From the NCBI GenBank assembly GCA_903813345.2, contig CAIIXF020000001.1:45384001-45448000 (forward strand): a stretch of 64,000 bases of DNA, written 5' to 3'. Every line of letters begins with the position of its first letter. The first letter of the stretch is position 1. Source of the stretch: Owenia fusiformis. Taxonomy: Eukaryota. The position numbers and the translations under genes were made by a program. Shown one piece after another: positions 13,761-27,570 of the stretch. The notes below the pieces were generated by a model. The model worked only from the letters and a program-made list of their open reading frames with translations, made no database searches and was not told the origin of the DNA.

Positions 13761-15242
13761 AAGTCTGTAAGTGACCAGCATCCACAGACACTTTCCCAAG
13801 ACTGCACACTGACACCATTCCAAAACTGAAACTCACAATCACTGGTCAATCACTGGCACTCAATGTCCAAGCCTAAACCAGGCTATAATCCTAAGCCAAG
13901 CTCTAACCCTTACCCAACCCGAAACCTTAAACCCTTCCGAGTAGATTCTCAAAATGTGACAATTTTGCTGTTCATAAACTTTTATATCTCGAATCATGTG
14001 CAAAATCTTTGAATAATGATTTACTAGAGTGTATAGAACCTTTCAAGAATTGCTTTCTCATTCAGACAAAAATATTGATTTGTGGTATTCAACATTGAGA
14101 AAGTGGACTAATGACATGACCTGGACATTAATGCTGGGGTTCTAAGATCGGATTTATAATATTGCGGATATGAACTCCTGGCAACTTGCTGATGATTCTT
14201 CAAATTTTAACTCGATTTGAAGCAAATTGAAAATGATGTTTCTGGGTGTTTTTCGAAGTCGAATATCGCACAACAAGGGGTAAATATCAAGTGCCTGAAA
14301 GGCCAGCTCTAACTAAAGCCATTAAACATACTTTTAACCTTGACGTAGACAAAATCTGATTTCCCCATGATCAGTTCCGATCACCCGAAGGACAATGGAG
14401 TTTGTCGCTGAAGCTTAGCTAGGAATAAGAGAAAAAGTAGTCGTAAGAATTTTCAAATGAATTAGAACTTTGACAAAATTACAAAGTTAAATATCAAGAA
14501 TCTAAAAAAATCTCTCATGTCTCATTTATTGAATGTGTTTGACCATGGCTACTACTAAATTCAATCAACGCGATCGTAGAATTTAGTCATATGTGTCAAT
14601 AGCCCTGTATATGTATCTCTTAATAAGATCATTGCCATTTATCACGCTATAATGACTGCTTCTTGGCAGAATCTATCCAATTTGGTAGGATTGGAATTGG
14701 AGCAAGAGGTTGTCTCGCCAGGAAAGTAAATAAATCTTACCAACAGATTCAATTTTGTTTTTGCCAGAGTAAATGTTGAACCAGTCTGATATTAGTTCTG
14801 AGGAGGTATATGTTATGAAACTCTTCTGAATGCGCATAACCGCCAGGGAGACACTTGCCTATTAGATCTCAATTATCACCATTGTCCAATAATGAACAAT
14901 AATCTTTAAACTATGGTCCCCTGGTGGCACGTGTAATAATATTATATGAGCAAAACGTAACTTTGACTTGAAATTGAAAATATTGAAATTGGTATGGTTG
15001 CGATATTAACCAAACCAATCCAATAAGGACGTGTATTTACTTTCCTGTATTATATCAAAATCTGCTTGAAACTACCATTGAATTTCTATGGAAAATTCCT
15101 CAAAGAGAAAATTCTTGGGATTAAGGAATGTGTACCATTTGCACAATTTAAGAAATTATTGGCATACACGAAACCTATTTAAAACAGCATTTATATTATT
15201 CAAAAGTGAATATGATCAATGATTCCCAGTCCTCTGAAGTTT

Positions 15243-16286
15243 AACAAGGCACAGACGTGAACAATATCGTACCTAAAACACAGCATTGTGGTCTTGTTGA
15301 CCAAGAAAGCAAGATGGCCGCAGAAAAGTTAATCAGCTCTAGAACTTATCACTGTGTAACATATGTAAAAAAATTGAACGGTTTGGCTGGAAACCTGTAG
15401 ACAAGCCTCGATAGACAAGATTTTAGGACGGAAAATCTAAAATGGCAGCCTTAACATTTACCCAGAATGCCCAAAAACTAATCAGTTCTTGACGTTGATA
15501 TGTAGAAACATCCCTGAAAATTTCAGATGAATCCCTCAAATGGTTTGGCTGGAAACCTGTTGACAAGTCTTGAAAGTGAAGATTTTAGGACGGAAAATCC
15601 AAAATGGCCACCTTAAAATTTACCCAGAATGCCCAAAAAACCAATCAGTTCTTGACGTTGATATGTAGAAACATCCCTGAAAATTTCAGATGAATCCCTC
15701 AAATGGTTTGGCTGAAAATCTGTAGACAAGTCTTGAAAGTGAAGATTTTAGGACAGAAAATCCAAATGGCCACCTTAAAATTTAACCAGAATGCCCAAAA
15801 ACTAATCAGTTCTTGACGTTGATATGTAGAAACATCCCTGAAAATTTCAGATGAATCCCTCAAAAGGTTTGGCTGGAAACCTGTAGACAAGTCTTGAAAG
15901 TAAAGATTTTAGGACGGAAAATCCAAAATGGCCACCTTAAAATTTACCAAGAATGCCCAAAAACTAATCAGTTCTTGACGTTGATATGTAGAAACATCCC
16001 TGAAAATTTCAGATGAATCCTTCAAATAGTTTGGTTGAAAACCTGTAGACAAGTCTTGAAAGTGAAGATTTTAGGACGGAAAATCCAAAATGGCCACCTT
16101 AAAATTTACCCAGAATGCCCAAAAACTAATCAGTTCTTGACTTTGATATGTAGAAACATCCCTGAAAATTTCAGATGAATCCCTCAAATGGTTTGGCTGG
16201 AAACCTGTAGACAAGCTGAAAAGTGAGACGCCGCCCGCCCGTCAAGCTGACTACAATATCGTACCTCTTGTTAGGTACGATAAAAA
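15243..16286 (-). mobile_element. Non-autonomous Helentron/Helitron-like element (HINE/DINE-type) with an internal 162-bp tandem array
   Basis: GTTTGG anchors at 15381, 15543, 15706, 15867, 16029 and 16191 give a 161-163 bp period. Terminal hairpin TATCGTACCT-CTTGTT-AGGTACGATA at 16257-16282. ACAATATCGTACCT occurs at both ends, with a short CCGC microsatellite and A/T-run termini and no TSD. Confidence 0.8.
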
Positions 16287-18304
16287 GATTCCCCATATAC
16301 AAAACCACAAAAAATGAAATATCTTTTCTTATGTTGGGCAGATAGTAGTTTCTTTTACTGGACATATTTTTGTTTAAATAACTAACAGAGACATGAGGAT
16401 TATATGAAAATTGATCCACTTAAACTGATAATATTCAGGTGGGAACTTTCTTATATTTCTGCCATTAACCCGAATCACCACCTGGTGTTGAAACTTGTAA
16501 CTCCTACTCGCACCTGGGTAATTCATTTATGACAATAGTGTAAATCAGTAAAGTTTAATATCCATTCACACAAAGAGGGGGGGGGGGACCCCAGTGTTCA
16601 AAGATAACATACGCTTATAATGTAAATCTGTATTGAGATGACATAGTTGCTGATTGGTTTAGCGAGTCGATCGTTGATTGGTTTAAAACTAGGTCAATTT
16701 TAAAACTTTTAAAACCAAGATGGAGGGAAGTATAAATATACGTACCTCCGGGAAAGGAGGTGCGCGAAGGAGGAAATCGTATGCCATCAATTGAATCATG
16801 GGGTTTTCCCTCCTCTTATTCACACATAACTAGGTAAGGTGTGTATAATTCCAACCAATCCGAACACAGTATTTCTGATCGACAGGAGTATGTGAAATAT
16901 CAATAATGCATGTGTTTTGTATAGTTGCTAAGTGACTACATGAAATTGATGTTTTGACCCTTGCAAAAAGTTTCATTAGAAATCTGTTCTTTTAGTGATT
17001 TTGTATCTTTTGAGGTAATTTTGTAGAAAATATTTTGCAATGTGTGAAAAGAATTTAAGCCCAAGACTCAATGCATTGTGGCTGCTTCATTCCACTCGGA
17101 TGTTAATGGCTCGTGCTGAGGCAAGAGCCATATCTCACTCGGGTTTAGTAGTAAGTGATAACGACAATGGACTGAGGTTTAAACGTCAGTTTACTAGTAG
17201 AACTGGTGGGTTAATATTTATAGATGAAAATGAGTTAATTCTTCGAGCAAAAGTTTAACCCTAAGGTGTTAGTTTATAATAAAATTGCGTTAGAAAGGGT
17301 TTCAAACGACACATACGCAATTTTACAACAACACCATAAACACTGTGCACTGATTTTTGGCAACATGATTTCCTAAATACGACAGAAATACGAGCGACTT
17401 CTTGATTTAGAATTGTGAACAATTAACAGCATTAAAAAAACTCCGAACATTGAACTATTTTATTTATATCTTCGGAGAACGAGAATCAAATTGACCCATC
17501 TTCACTTTTTGATATGTTTGGATCTTTTCTAAGAGGTCCATGTACTCAGACCTTCACAATTTAAAGATCTTAATCAGTTCAAAATGTTCGGATTTTTTCT
17601 ACTTTTGCCGTTCGGTAAATTACAACCGCGTTAAAAGTAAGCTTGGCAATTTACTTATACAGTGAAACTTGACTTAGAATCCTCTGGATCACGCCACAAA
17701 ATGTGTAATAATACGTCAATACCATTCATTACAAAACTGCAAACATCTCCTTCACATGAGCCTTCGTTTTTTTAAATGATCTCTTGTTTCCTAAACTTTT
17801 GGAAACAAAGATTTGGAAAGAAATATCAACTCAGTGCTGAAACTGGCAGAGACATCATGAATACATGTGAACGTGAACAAACCAAAAGACGTGAGATTAA
17901 TTACATCTAATTCGTGATCAAGACTCATTCGATTTGACAGATCTCTGAATAATGAATAAAATACATATAGACTATGGTCAATATCTTAATAAGTCTATAG
18001 AAGTCTGATCTTGTTCGATTAACTAGTCTTATTGGTTTTGGTTTACTTCATTAATCTTGTAACAGTTCAATTGCAACTGAAGCTCAATACTGTCTCTATC
18101 CAATCCCCTTTGTTTCCAATATTTCATTTTTTTGTTGCTCGCATAAATATTCCTCAAGTTACCTGTATCATTACATTTCCTGTCATTTGCGTGTATGTTG
18201 TTCAAAAGCCAATTAGAATGCATTATTTCGCTGTCGATTGTCATTTGTGATTATGGTAATGTCATCATGTTTTATTGGAATATAATGTCATATTAGAACT
18301 ATAT

Positions 18305-20028
18305 CACGAGGGGAAAGTCTACCCGCCTATGTACAACCTACCGCCGAGTAAGACACGTTTGTTTAGTAAACTACATCTCATAGAAAAATGGACAATAAAA
18401 GTAATATTAGGCAACTAGTTATTCCCTTGGATGGTTAGAATCGTTACTAAGATGTTCTTGCAAGCGGAATTTGCCAAGAGTTATAGTTGAAATATATTTT
18501 TAAGTCTAAATTAAGAGATAAGTATAACGTATAATGGTTTTCGATTTGTTTTTCTCATTCATACTCGCTTTAATTGATAACGAGCCATACATAAGATATA
18601 GTTGGGTCGGTAAATGCATGTCATATGCATGATAATTACTTGTAAGTGTAAAACTCACTGGCGGATATGGGGGGGGCCCAGGGGCCCGGGCCCCCCCCCC
18701 CTTGGGTGGGCCCAGAAAAAAAAATTGTGCCCAAAAAAAATTTTGAGCCAAAAAAGGCTTTAAGGCCCCAAAAAGTAGGCCTTTTTGGTCATAAATTGGC
18801 CTTGTAAGGCCTTATTTGTTAATTTTAGGCTAAATTTTGAAGAAAATGGGCCTCAAAATTTCAAACTTTGGGCCCACTTTTGGGTTTTTGGGGCCCAACA
18901 TTTTTTTCCGCTCAAGCGCGGAAGTTTTTTTCTGAGACCACAAGTTTGGCCCCCCCCTTGTTGGTTCCCAGATCCGCCCCTGAAACTATTAGGTCAGAAT
19001 AGCACTTTTAGCAAAATCTTCACATAAACTTTGTCCTAAAAGATCCGATGTAATCGGACATCGGACCCGATGTGATCGATGAGTAATATTATAAAGATCC
19101 GAAAATATATTGAGTAAAGGATCTCAGAATCCGAAAATTACTTGAGTAAAATCTGTTAAGATCCGATGATATCGTCGAGTTTATGATGTGCTGATGGTAA
19201 ACTCGAACATGACTGTATTCACGCCTTCTATTCTATAAACTGTAAACAAAGTCAACATTTCACCCGGGGTATATTCGCGAAGAATACCCTTGGTAATACG
19301 TGTAATGTGTGACGTCATAACGGCGGGTCGTAGTCATGGCGGACCATAATTAATATTCGAAACATTTTGGTGAGTTTTCATGTTCGAATCGTAATATAGA
19401 CCTCAGAGCAGGGGTAATATCGTCCACTATCACCACTGCTCTTCGGTCTATATTTCTTAATTATATTATATCCGAATGTCTGGAGTATATGATAATTTAA
19501 CAGGAATATTTGTGATATAAGTAATGTTATTATTATATGGTCATCCGAAAGCTTACCCACTATCTCATCGGGTTCTACTCACAGTATAATCGGAATACTC
19601 AGGCGGTAGCATCGGGTCCTATACAATCGTACTCGTGGTATAATCGGGTCTTTCATTTTCTACTTTCACCGGTGATGTCAATGATATGCAACGTATGGCA
19701 GTGAAACAAATGTATTGTATCTTTGAATCAAATGGAGTAAATACAGCCATGGTTCTTACTTATTTAAGATGTAAAAACATCATTCAAATATTTAGAAGTT
19801 GAATTTCGCGATTTGATAGTAAATATTGCATTAAGTACTCATTATTTTTGGAACAACAACTATATCAGTTACAAACAATTCGGTGTTTTATCTATTTCTC
19901 ATATTGAGAAATTCAATATATACTAGGTAAATAGGAGTTTATTAACTTATCCCCTACATTTTCCGACATCTTCGGGTCTTTGCTCGTCGCGGTAGGTTGT
20001 ATATAGGCGGGTAGACTTTCCCCTCGTG
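18305..20028. mobile_element. Non-autonomous TIR element with CAC termini and 3-bp TSD (CMC/EnSpm/Chapaev-like)
   Basis: About 40-bp TIR CACGAGGGGAAAGTCTACCCGCCTATRTACAACCTACCGC at both ends, with TAT on both flanks. Internal GATCCGA/TCGGGTC motif clusters lie in opposite orientation. No ORF. Confidence 0.85.
18656..18982 (-). mobile_element. GGGCCC-rich MITE, 5-bp TSD AAACT, nested in the CAC element
   Basis: Ends CACTGGCGGAT...GATCCGCCCCTG. AAACT lies at 18651-18655 and 18983-18987. Confidence 0.9.
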
Positions 20029-20341
20029 TATGTTAGAGCTATATAAATGGAGTTACACCATCAAACCAGAACATTTGTTTTTTGAAATCTCATTAATCGG
20101 GATGCACTTTTGCCAATCATTTGACGAAACATTTTAAAAAGCAATACACCAGGGGCGGACCGACCTAGAAATGGGGTCGATTTTTTTTATTTCAGATCAT
20201 GCGAAATATGTTAAGTCTTTTATAAAAATTCTAACTATTTTTGAAAAGTTGGCAACTATTGCCAAATTGTTAAGCTAATTATTCAAAAGGCCAATAATGT
20301 AGAAAAATGATGTATATTTTTGAAATTGGGCTTCGTCACCA

Positions 20342-20660
20342 TTAAAGGCCCCATCCATAGTTTGAATTTTTAATGACTTTAAAAGTTATTGAAAAGATTT
20401 TTGAAAAAAAAAAATCTAAAAATGTTGTCAGCTTTTTATTTCCCAAATATTCAGATTTCCTGCCATTTTCGAAGTTGAATTTTTTTAATCACGAACTATT
20501 CCACTTGCAAAACACATTTTCTTTTTAACAAAATTGCAAGGATCGTTAAACAAAGGACACATTTTCCAATGGTTTAATGTCATATATAATGCAGCACCAC
20601 TGATGTTTTAGCATATTAAATATATTTTGCAACCTAAGTGACATTATCGTGGTGTCACTC
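20342..20660. mobile_element. Truncated copy of a TTAA-flanked (Kolobok-like) element
   Basis: Begins TTAAAGGCCCCATCCATAGTTTG and aligns in reverse complement with about 41110-41457. Confidence 0.65.
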
Positions 20661-20756
20661 AGATGGCAAATATTTCCAGAATTAGAACTGCATTAAGCGG
20701 CGGATTCGGGGGTTCTTCGTTGGTAAGTAGATAGGGGAATAAGTGGTACAGCTCAC

Positions 20757-21378
20757 GGCAAAAAAAGTCCAAGCCGAGAGGGATCTTGATTGTGCTTTCC
20801 TACCGGAACATCCCTCTATAAATAAAAGTGGACGGATATGGCTGATGCATAGGGACAAACAAGGTCTGCTGAAGAAATAATTTTTAAGATATGAGAGCTG
20901 AATTTCATGCCATTTTTCGAAAAAACGTAGCTTTGATAACTGAAGTACCAGTGGACGGATTTGGTTCCAATTTTATTTGCTGATGCCCAAGGACAAAGGA
21001 ACTCCTGCTTGAGAATAAATTTCCAAGATGACAGCTAAATTACAAAATCGCAGCTATTTTTAGTGGACATATTTGGTTCAAATTATATGCTGATGCTTAG
21101 AGAAAAAGGAGCTCTGCTCAAGAAGAATGTCTCATGATGGTCACCATTTATCAAAAGCCACCATTTGTCATTGATATATTCTTTGATACAACCGAATAGG
21201 CTAGAAGGCGAAGTACCAGTGGACAGATTTGGTTCAAATTTCATATGCTCAATGCAAAATGACAGATTGGCTCTGCTCAAGAAGAAATTTTCAAGAATGG
21301 CCATCATTCAACTCATATATCCGGAATGTGATTATATATCTCCTCTCGGTTGTAAAGAGAAATCAGTTGAATGCATGA
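20757..21378. mobile_element. Degraded Helentron-like element with diverged internal repeats
   Basis: Recurrent AGTGGACRGATTTGGTTC units near 20827, 20950, 21062 and 21218, flanked by inverted CCGAGAGG/CCTCTCGG motifs. Confidence 0.5.
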
Positions 21379-22955
21379 AATGTGTTGAACCGGGAAATAT
21401 AATTCAGAATATAAAGTAATGCAGGATCTTAAGCGGAAGATTTTTTGTAGAATGTCAATACAATATCCTTTTTAACTGCAGTAAACAAGACTCAATCAGT
21501 AACTTATGTTGATATAATTAATACACACAAGAGAAAAAAGAAAAGTTTACATAAACATTACAAGCGTAATAATAAAACAAATGATCGAGACTAAATAGAG
21601 ATACCTAAGAAAAGATGATCATATGTGTTCAACAGCCATTTTATCACGTGAAATCTAAGTTATGATCCTATGGAGACCGATGTTGTATCAATTATTATAC
21701 CAGACAAAATAAAAATATCTCTTGAACAGCCATCATGCATGTTTATAGATAGCATATATACTTGGATTATAGATACTAACTGGCTTTAACACTTGATAAG
21801 TACCTCGGTTACGGAGGAATAAAATAATGGAATTGTATTTTGAGATCCAACAATCCTATTTCTCTCGTTTCCTTTTGTGTGTCATACTTTTGCTTTGTTT
21901 GGCAAGAATAAGTAGACGAGTGAATAGTCTTGTAATCGTGAAATTGGGTAACTGACTCATACTTATCCAATACCCTAGAGATATTCATGTATAGAGATTC
22001 TCCATTCTCGAAAACGTTGTCGATGACATCTGTAAATGTCAACTAGTGTCTAGCTCGAGATGACATTTCATTTTCAGAAATCCTGATATCTTTTAACAGG
22101 TAATAATGCAAAGTATTAGTACTATTATCATTTGATTGTCTCATAGAAATACAGAGCAAGGATGTGCTTTCATCAATGTAGCGACAGCCATCCAATAATT
22201 AGGAAATATAATGGGAACGCCAATATATTATTGTGATTAATCTTCTAAGTAACAATAATATACATACAGCAAACATCACACTTAATATCAACGTTAGGTT
22301 GTTACAAGCAGCTAGGACTTCATGGGAAAATTCAGAGAAGACTAAGTTATGTTATTTTTATAAACTTTGTTATGCTTCATGGTTTTATATATTGATAATG
22401 GTTTGAGGGGTTATCCATGTATATTTGTTCTAAAATGGTGTTTGTTGTTCTTATACCATAATTTCCATAAATTAAGAAACTAGTCTTGCTTCAAAACCTA
22501 CTTCAACGGGTACTTCAACAACAGTTGTTGTTGTTGTTGGTACTTAAATAACACTTGTTGTTGTTAAAGTAGATAGGAGGGGGGGGGGTCCATCGTCTTC
22601 AAGCAAGACTATTAAGAAACTGGAAGTCATATCGACCCACTAGAGATGCTTTTTAAAGCATATCTGATCATACGTCAAGCCTGTCCCGGCAACCAAGAGA
22701 TGAAACCCAAAAAAATCTAGAGACGTTTTTTGTGATCTAAAGTGTGACTAAGGCAAGATGTGGAGGAAAAAACAAAACGAATACAATATGAACAATTACA
22801 GAAAAGATTGGTAAACTTTAATTGGTGATACACGCAGTGAAACAAGCAGTAAACAACATTTGAGCTAGAGATCGAACTTTGTTGACATTCAAACCGGAAG
22901 TGGGATTGTTCGTCAACATCCGGTTCAAACTTTTCACGAAATTTGTCAAGTTTCA

Positions 22956-23735
22956 ATGTCGAATCCTCAAGAAACTCAATCTCAAACGAAACTGGACCTA
23001 TTTGTGATTAAAGGAAAAAGGAATAGAGAGGAAGACGAGTTTTGTGACGCCCTGGAAGCAATTAAACCAAGAGAGAAGAGAGATAAAATGGCAGCCATGA
23101 CGACAGACGATTTCTTGAAAATAATGCCAAACATTCTAAAAGAAGCATTCAAAGACAAGCAAGTAGTAGCATCGCTTCAAGAGGCCGTAAGACCTCTCCT
23201 TGAAACCCAGAGTAAGAAAATAAACAAACTGGAGAAGGATCTCTCAGACACAAAGGCGAAATTGCAGGAACTTCATAAAGAACTTCAGTCCGAGCAAAAC
23301 CAAAGACTGGCACTTCAAGTCAGAGTCGTGGGCATCCAGGATGACAACAACGAGAGAATTCAAGACAAAATCGTGAACTTCGCCAAAGAAAAGATTGACC
23401 TGACAATCGCTACAGCTGACTTCTCGGCCTTCCGCATGGGGAAGTACCAAGACGGTAAAATGAGGGCAATAACAATTCGGTTCAATGACATGAATCTCAG
23501 AAACAAATTTTACAGAGGTAGAGAAAAACTTTTTAAAACGAAAGAAAGGGTATTTATAAACGACGATCTCCCTCCCAAAACTGCAAAGGTTCTAACAGAA
23601 GGCAGAAAACTGAAGAGAGAAAACAAAATATATAAAGTCTGGACATACAGAGGTCAGGTATACGTCAAAAAGAAAGAAAAAGACGAGCCGAAGGAAGTAG
23701 ACTTAGCAGACCTGAAAGAGATGTCCCAAACTTAA
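22956..23735 (+). CDS. LINE ORF1 (coiled coil + RRM-like + CTD nucleic-acid chaperone), 259 aa
   Basis: Intact ORF with a heptad coiled coil (KKINKLEKDLSDTKAKLQELHKEL) followed by RAITIRF, VFINDDL and VWTYRGQVYVK motifs typical of LINE ORF1 proteins. Confidence 0.85.
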   Translation: MSNPQETQSQTKLDLFVIKGKRNREEDEFCDALEAIKPREKRDKMAAMTTDDFLKIMPNILKEAFKDKQVVASLQEAVRPLLETQSKKINKLEKDLSDTKAKLQELHKELQSEQNQRLALQVRVVGIQDDNNERIQDKIVNFAKEKIDLTIATADFSAFRMGKYQDGKMRAITIRFNDMNLRNKFYRGREKLFKTKERVFINDDLPPKTAKVLTEGRKLKRENKIYKVWTYRGQVYVKKKEKDEPKEVDLADLKEMSQT

Positions 23736-24335
23736 CTTAACTCAAATCACACGACTATTTTACATAATCATACCTGTATTTTTCAGTCTGAAACACCTTC
23801 TTCGGCGAATATGAACATATTCTATCATAAAATCGTAAAACGATCCACTCACTTAAATTTTGAAATTTAAATTATTTTTTTTTAAGCAACTTCCGGTGAG
23901 CGAACTATGTAATCAAACTCCAACTAACAATAAATATACTGATATACGAACGCGTGGGAAGGTGTTTCAGTTTAAAAAACCTATATCCAATCAATTTGAA
24001 ATCATGTTTCACCAGAGGTCACTACCCAAAGTAAATTTTAACTCGAAAAGTATCAAATTAATCAATGATGTACGCAGTCACCAATTAAAAAAAATTATGA
24101 ACATTGACTTCCTATGTATTTTTTTCCTTTCAGAAAAGCAGACACGTTTTAAGATATAATGAACACTTTAGATCACAATAAGTTATCTTTTCTATTCAAT
24201 CATTGCTACAATAAATAATCTCTTAATCATAGTGCAGATGGCAAAGGGGGAGAAGGGAGATGGTAAAAGGAGGAAAACTTGTGAGATAAATGCCCTTAAA
24301 TATCAAAAATCAAAAACAACAAAGCCACCATAACA

Positions 24336-27300
24336 ATGATGGCTAAGAATTGCAACCAAGACGGGCATAATAGTAGCTCTGAATCATCAATCTCATCAAC
24401 TCTATCAGCAGAGGAACAATTTCGAAACTCGACTCATTTCAGCATTATTCACATGAATGCTCAAAGTTTAAGGAACAAAATGGACCAACTGAAAATAGAA
24501 TCAAAAAACAGTGACATAGTGTGTCTCTCAGAGACGTGGTTAGACGATAATGTACCTAACAGCAACATTACCCTGGGAGGCTACCATCTACCAGTAAGAT
24601 TAGACAGACTAGAAAGAAGGGGAGGAGGTGTTGCTATTTTTGTAAAACAAAATTATATTTTCAAAAATGTAAGTAACTTGGTACCAAATGGACTAGAAGC
24701 ATTATGCATCGAAGTCCTTATAGAAACGAAAAAAGTTCTCATAACTACAGTGTACAGAGCTCCAAACAGCCCAGCAAACACATGGACTCTCATAGACAAC
24801 TTACTTGAAAATATCAAAGAATATGCCAATGGTAAGAAATATGTCTACATGGTAGGTGATCTAAATTGTGACATGCTTAATAAGACGAACAACAAACTTG
24901 ATGATCTGTTTCAAGAATACAATCTACATCAAATGATAGAAGAACCTACTCACATAACAGATACAGCCGCAACCTTAATTGATATCTTGGCAACAACATC
25001 TCCAGGAACGATCATACGCACAGATGTACTAACACCATCAATGAGCAAGCACAGCCCCATATACACAGAAATAAACATAAAAAAAACAGTCTGGTAAAGA
25101 CTATAAGCGAACAATAAAAAACTATAAACTTGTAGACTGGAAAGCGATGAACGAAGACATACAGAGTAGGAACTGGAATCAAATACTAAATATACATGAT
25201 AACAACAATGACACTGACGTAAATGAAATTGTAAAGAATTGGTATAAAGAATTTAAAGGCATAATAAACAAGTTTATCCCAGAAAAGACAATAACTATAA
25301 GGCAAAATGATCTGCCATGGATTACAACAAAAATAAAACGTTTCATTAGAAGGCGGAACAGAGCTTACAAGATGGCAAAAACACTAAGAACAGACACGCT
25401 ATGGGACAAATACAAAAAGCTGAGAAATGAAACAATAACCGAACTCAGAAATGCCAAAGAAGAATACGAACTAAGACTCTCACAGAAATTGGTCAATGGA
25501 AAAACTGGAACAAAGACCTGGTGGACTGTGGTCAAACAGTTCTACAACGATTTCAGGGCATCAGATAACAATGAAACACCCTTTCTTGTCAATGGTCATT
25601 CAATATCAAACAACAAAGAAAAGGCTGAATTATTGAATAATCATTTTTTAGCCCAAAGCAGACTGGAAACTAATCAAGATCCACCAATTCTCCAAGCATC
25701 AACTGACAAAAGTATAGAAACGGTAAGATTGTCAAATCAGACAGTCGAAGACATACTTATAAATCTGAATCCAGGAAAGTCACTAGGGCCTGACAATATA
25801 AGTCCACGTGTTCTAAAAATGACTGCAAAATCAATAGCCCCGATACTGGCACAAATATTTAATGCATCATTAAAACAGAATGTCTTCCCAGACATTTGGA
25901 AAGAAGCGAATGTTACACCAATATTCAAAAAAGACAGAAGAGAAATAGCAACAAATTACAGACCAATATCTCTACTGAACTGTGTAGCGAAAGTATTCGA
26001 AAGAGCAATGTATACTCATGTACATAACTACCTACACAAATGGAAATTGCTGTCAAAATTCCAATCTGCTTATTCCCCAGGAAACTCCACAACAACGCAA
26101 CTACTAGAGATGTACAACTACATCATGGAGACGATGGAGAATAATGAAAACACAAGAGCCGTCTTTTGTGACATGTCAAAAGCTTTTGACCGAGTATGGC
26201 ATAAAGGCCTAGTTAACAAGTTAGAACGGAAGGGAATCAAAGGAAACTTACTAAAATGGTTCAAAAGTTACCTATCCAACAGAAAACAAAGGGTCATTCT
26301 CAATGGCGAAACATCCAGCTGGGGGTATATCTCTGCAGGCGTTCCACAGGGCTCCATCCTAGGACCACTGTTATTTTTGGTGTACATAGATGATATCTTG
26401 GAAAACCTAACTGATAAATGCACTGGAAGGATATATGCAGACGATACTACATTTCTTGCAAGTGGAAAAGAAAATGACAACATAATTGAAACTCTTAACG
26501 AACAACTACGATCAACAAACGAGTGGGCCAATATATGGCAACTAACCTTCAACCCAGAAAAAACAGAAACAATGTTATTCACGAGAAAACACCAAAACAA
26601 TGGACAATTTCAACTCACTTTCAATGGAAAAGTTATCAAAGAAGTGACTAACCATAAACATCTAGGCCTGACATTAGACAACAATGGAACATGGGGATCA
26701 CACATAAGGAACATATCTAATAGAGCTGCCAAGATGATAGATGTCATGCGAGGACTTAAATATAAACTTGACCGAAAAACACTGGAAATTATGTATAAAG
26801 CATTTATTAGGCCTATAATTGAATATGCCTCTCCAGTATGGGACAACTGTCATAACTATGAAAAAGACCTACTAGAAGAACTACAACTAAAAGCTGCAAG
26901 AATCTGTACAGGGGCAAAAAGAGGAACAAGCCACGAGTTGATATACAAAGAAACAGGTTGGGCAAAACTTCAAGAGCGTCGAACAACACAAAAACTACTA
27001 ATAATGCACAAACTCATAAACAAAAAAATAACAGACTCGTTGAGCAATGTAATTGAAGCAACCAAGAGAAGGTCTGATCATGATCTCCGACGAGCTAACA
27101 ACCTATTAATGCCTGTATGCAGAACTGAAGCGTACAGAAAATCATTTCTACCAGCCACAATAAAAGTGTGGAATGACATTGATGCATCAATAAAAAGCAC
27201 AAAAGCTGAGGAGCACTTCAAAAAATTGATAACAAACAAGAAGAAGGTACCAAACTACTATTACTATGGGAAAAGAGACACTCAAATAATACACACACAG

Positions 27301-27570
27301 ATAAGACTTAGATGCAGCGACTTAAACCAAGATCTACATCTCAACCATGTAAAGGACAGTCCCAAATGTGAATGCGGAAACCCAATAGAAAGTGCCGAAC
27401 ACTATTTCAAAGAATGCACTTTATACCAAAGACACAAAACAATTCTACCTAGGATAACATTGAAAGAACTCATCCATGGAAATGCAAGGAAAACAGATGA
27501 AGAAAACAAAGCCACATTCACTGCTGTTCACAATTACATAAGAGTTACAAAAAGATTCTCTAACAAGTAG
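24336..27570 (+). CDS. LINE ORF2 (APE endonuclease + reverse transcriptase), split by one frameshift at the A8 run 25079-25086
   Basis: Endonuclease motifs HMNAQSL, CLSETWL, GGGVAIFV, VGDLN, SKHSP. RT motifs NYRPISLL, FCDMSKAFD, GVPQGSILGP, YADD. C-terminal CECG...EH...C. Removing one A joins 24336-25097 to 25147-27570 (about 1077 aa). Confidence 0.93.

Noticed and set aside
11939..13823. Hydrophobic repeat ORFs (SVIVGYSLGII)n on the minus strand
   Set aside because: Artefact of the 33-bp minisatellite; several frameshifts and no splice or start context.
13870..13940. Telomere-like TAACCC motifs
   Set aside because: Short and degenerate; not a telomeric array.
25737..26846. Antisense ORFs within LINE ORF2
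   Set aside because: Shadow frames of the RT coding sequence.
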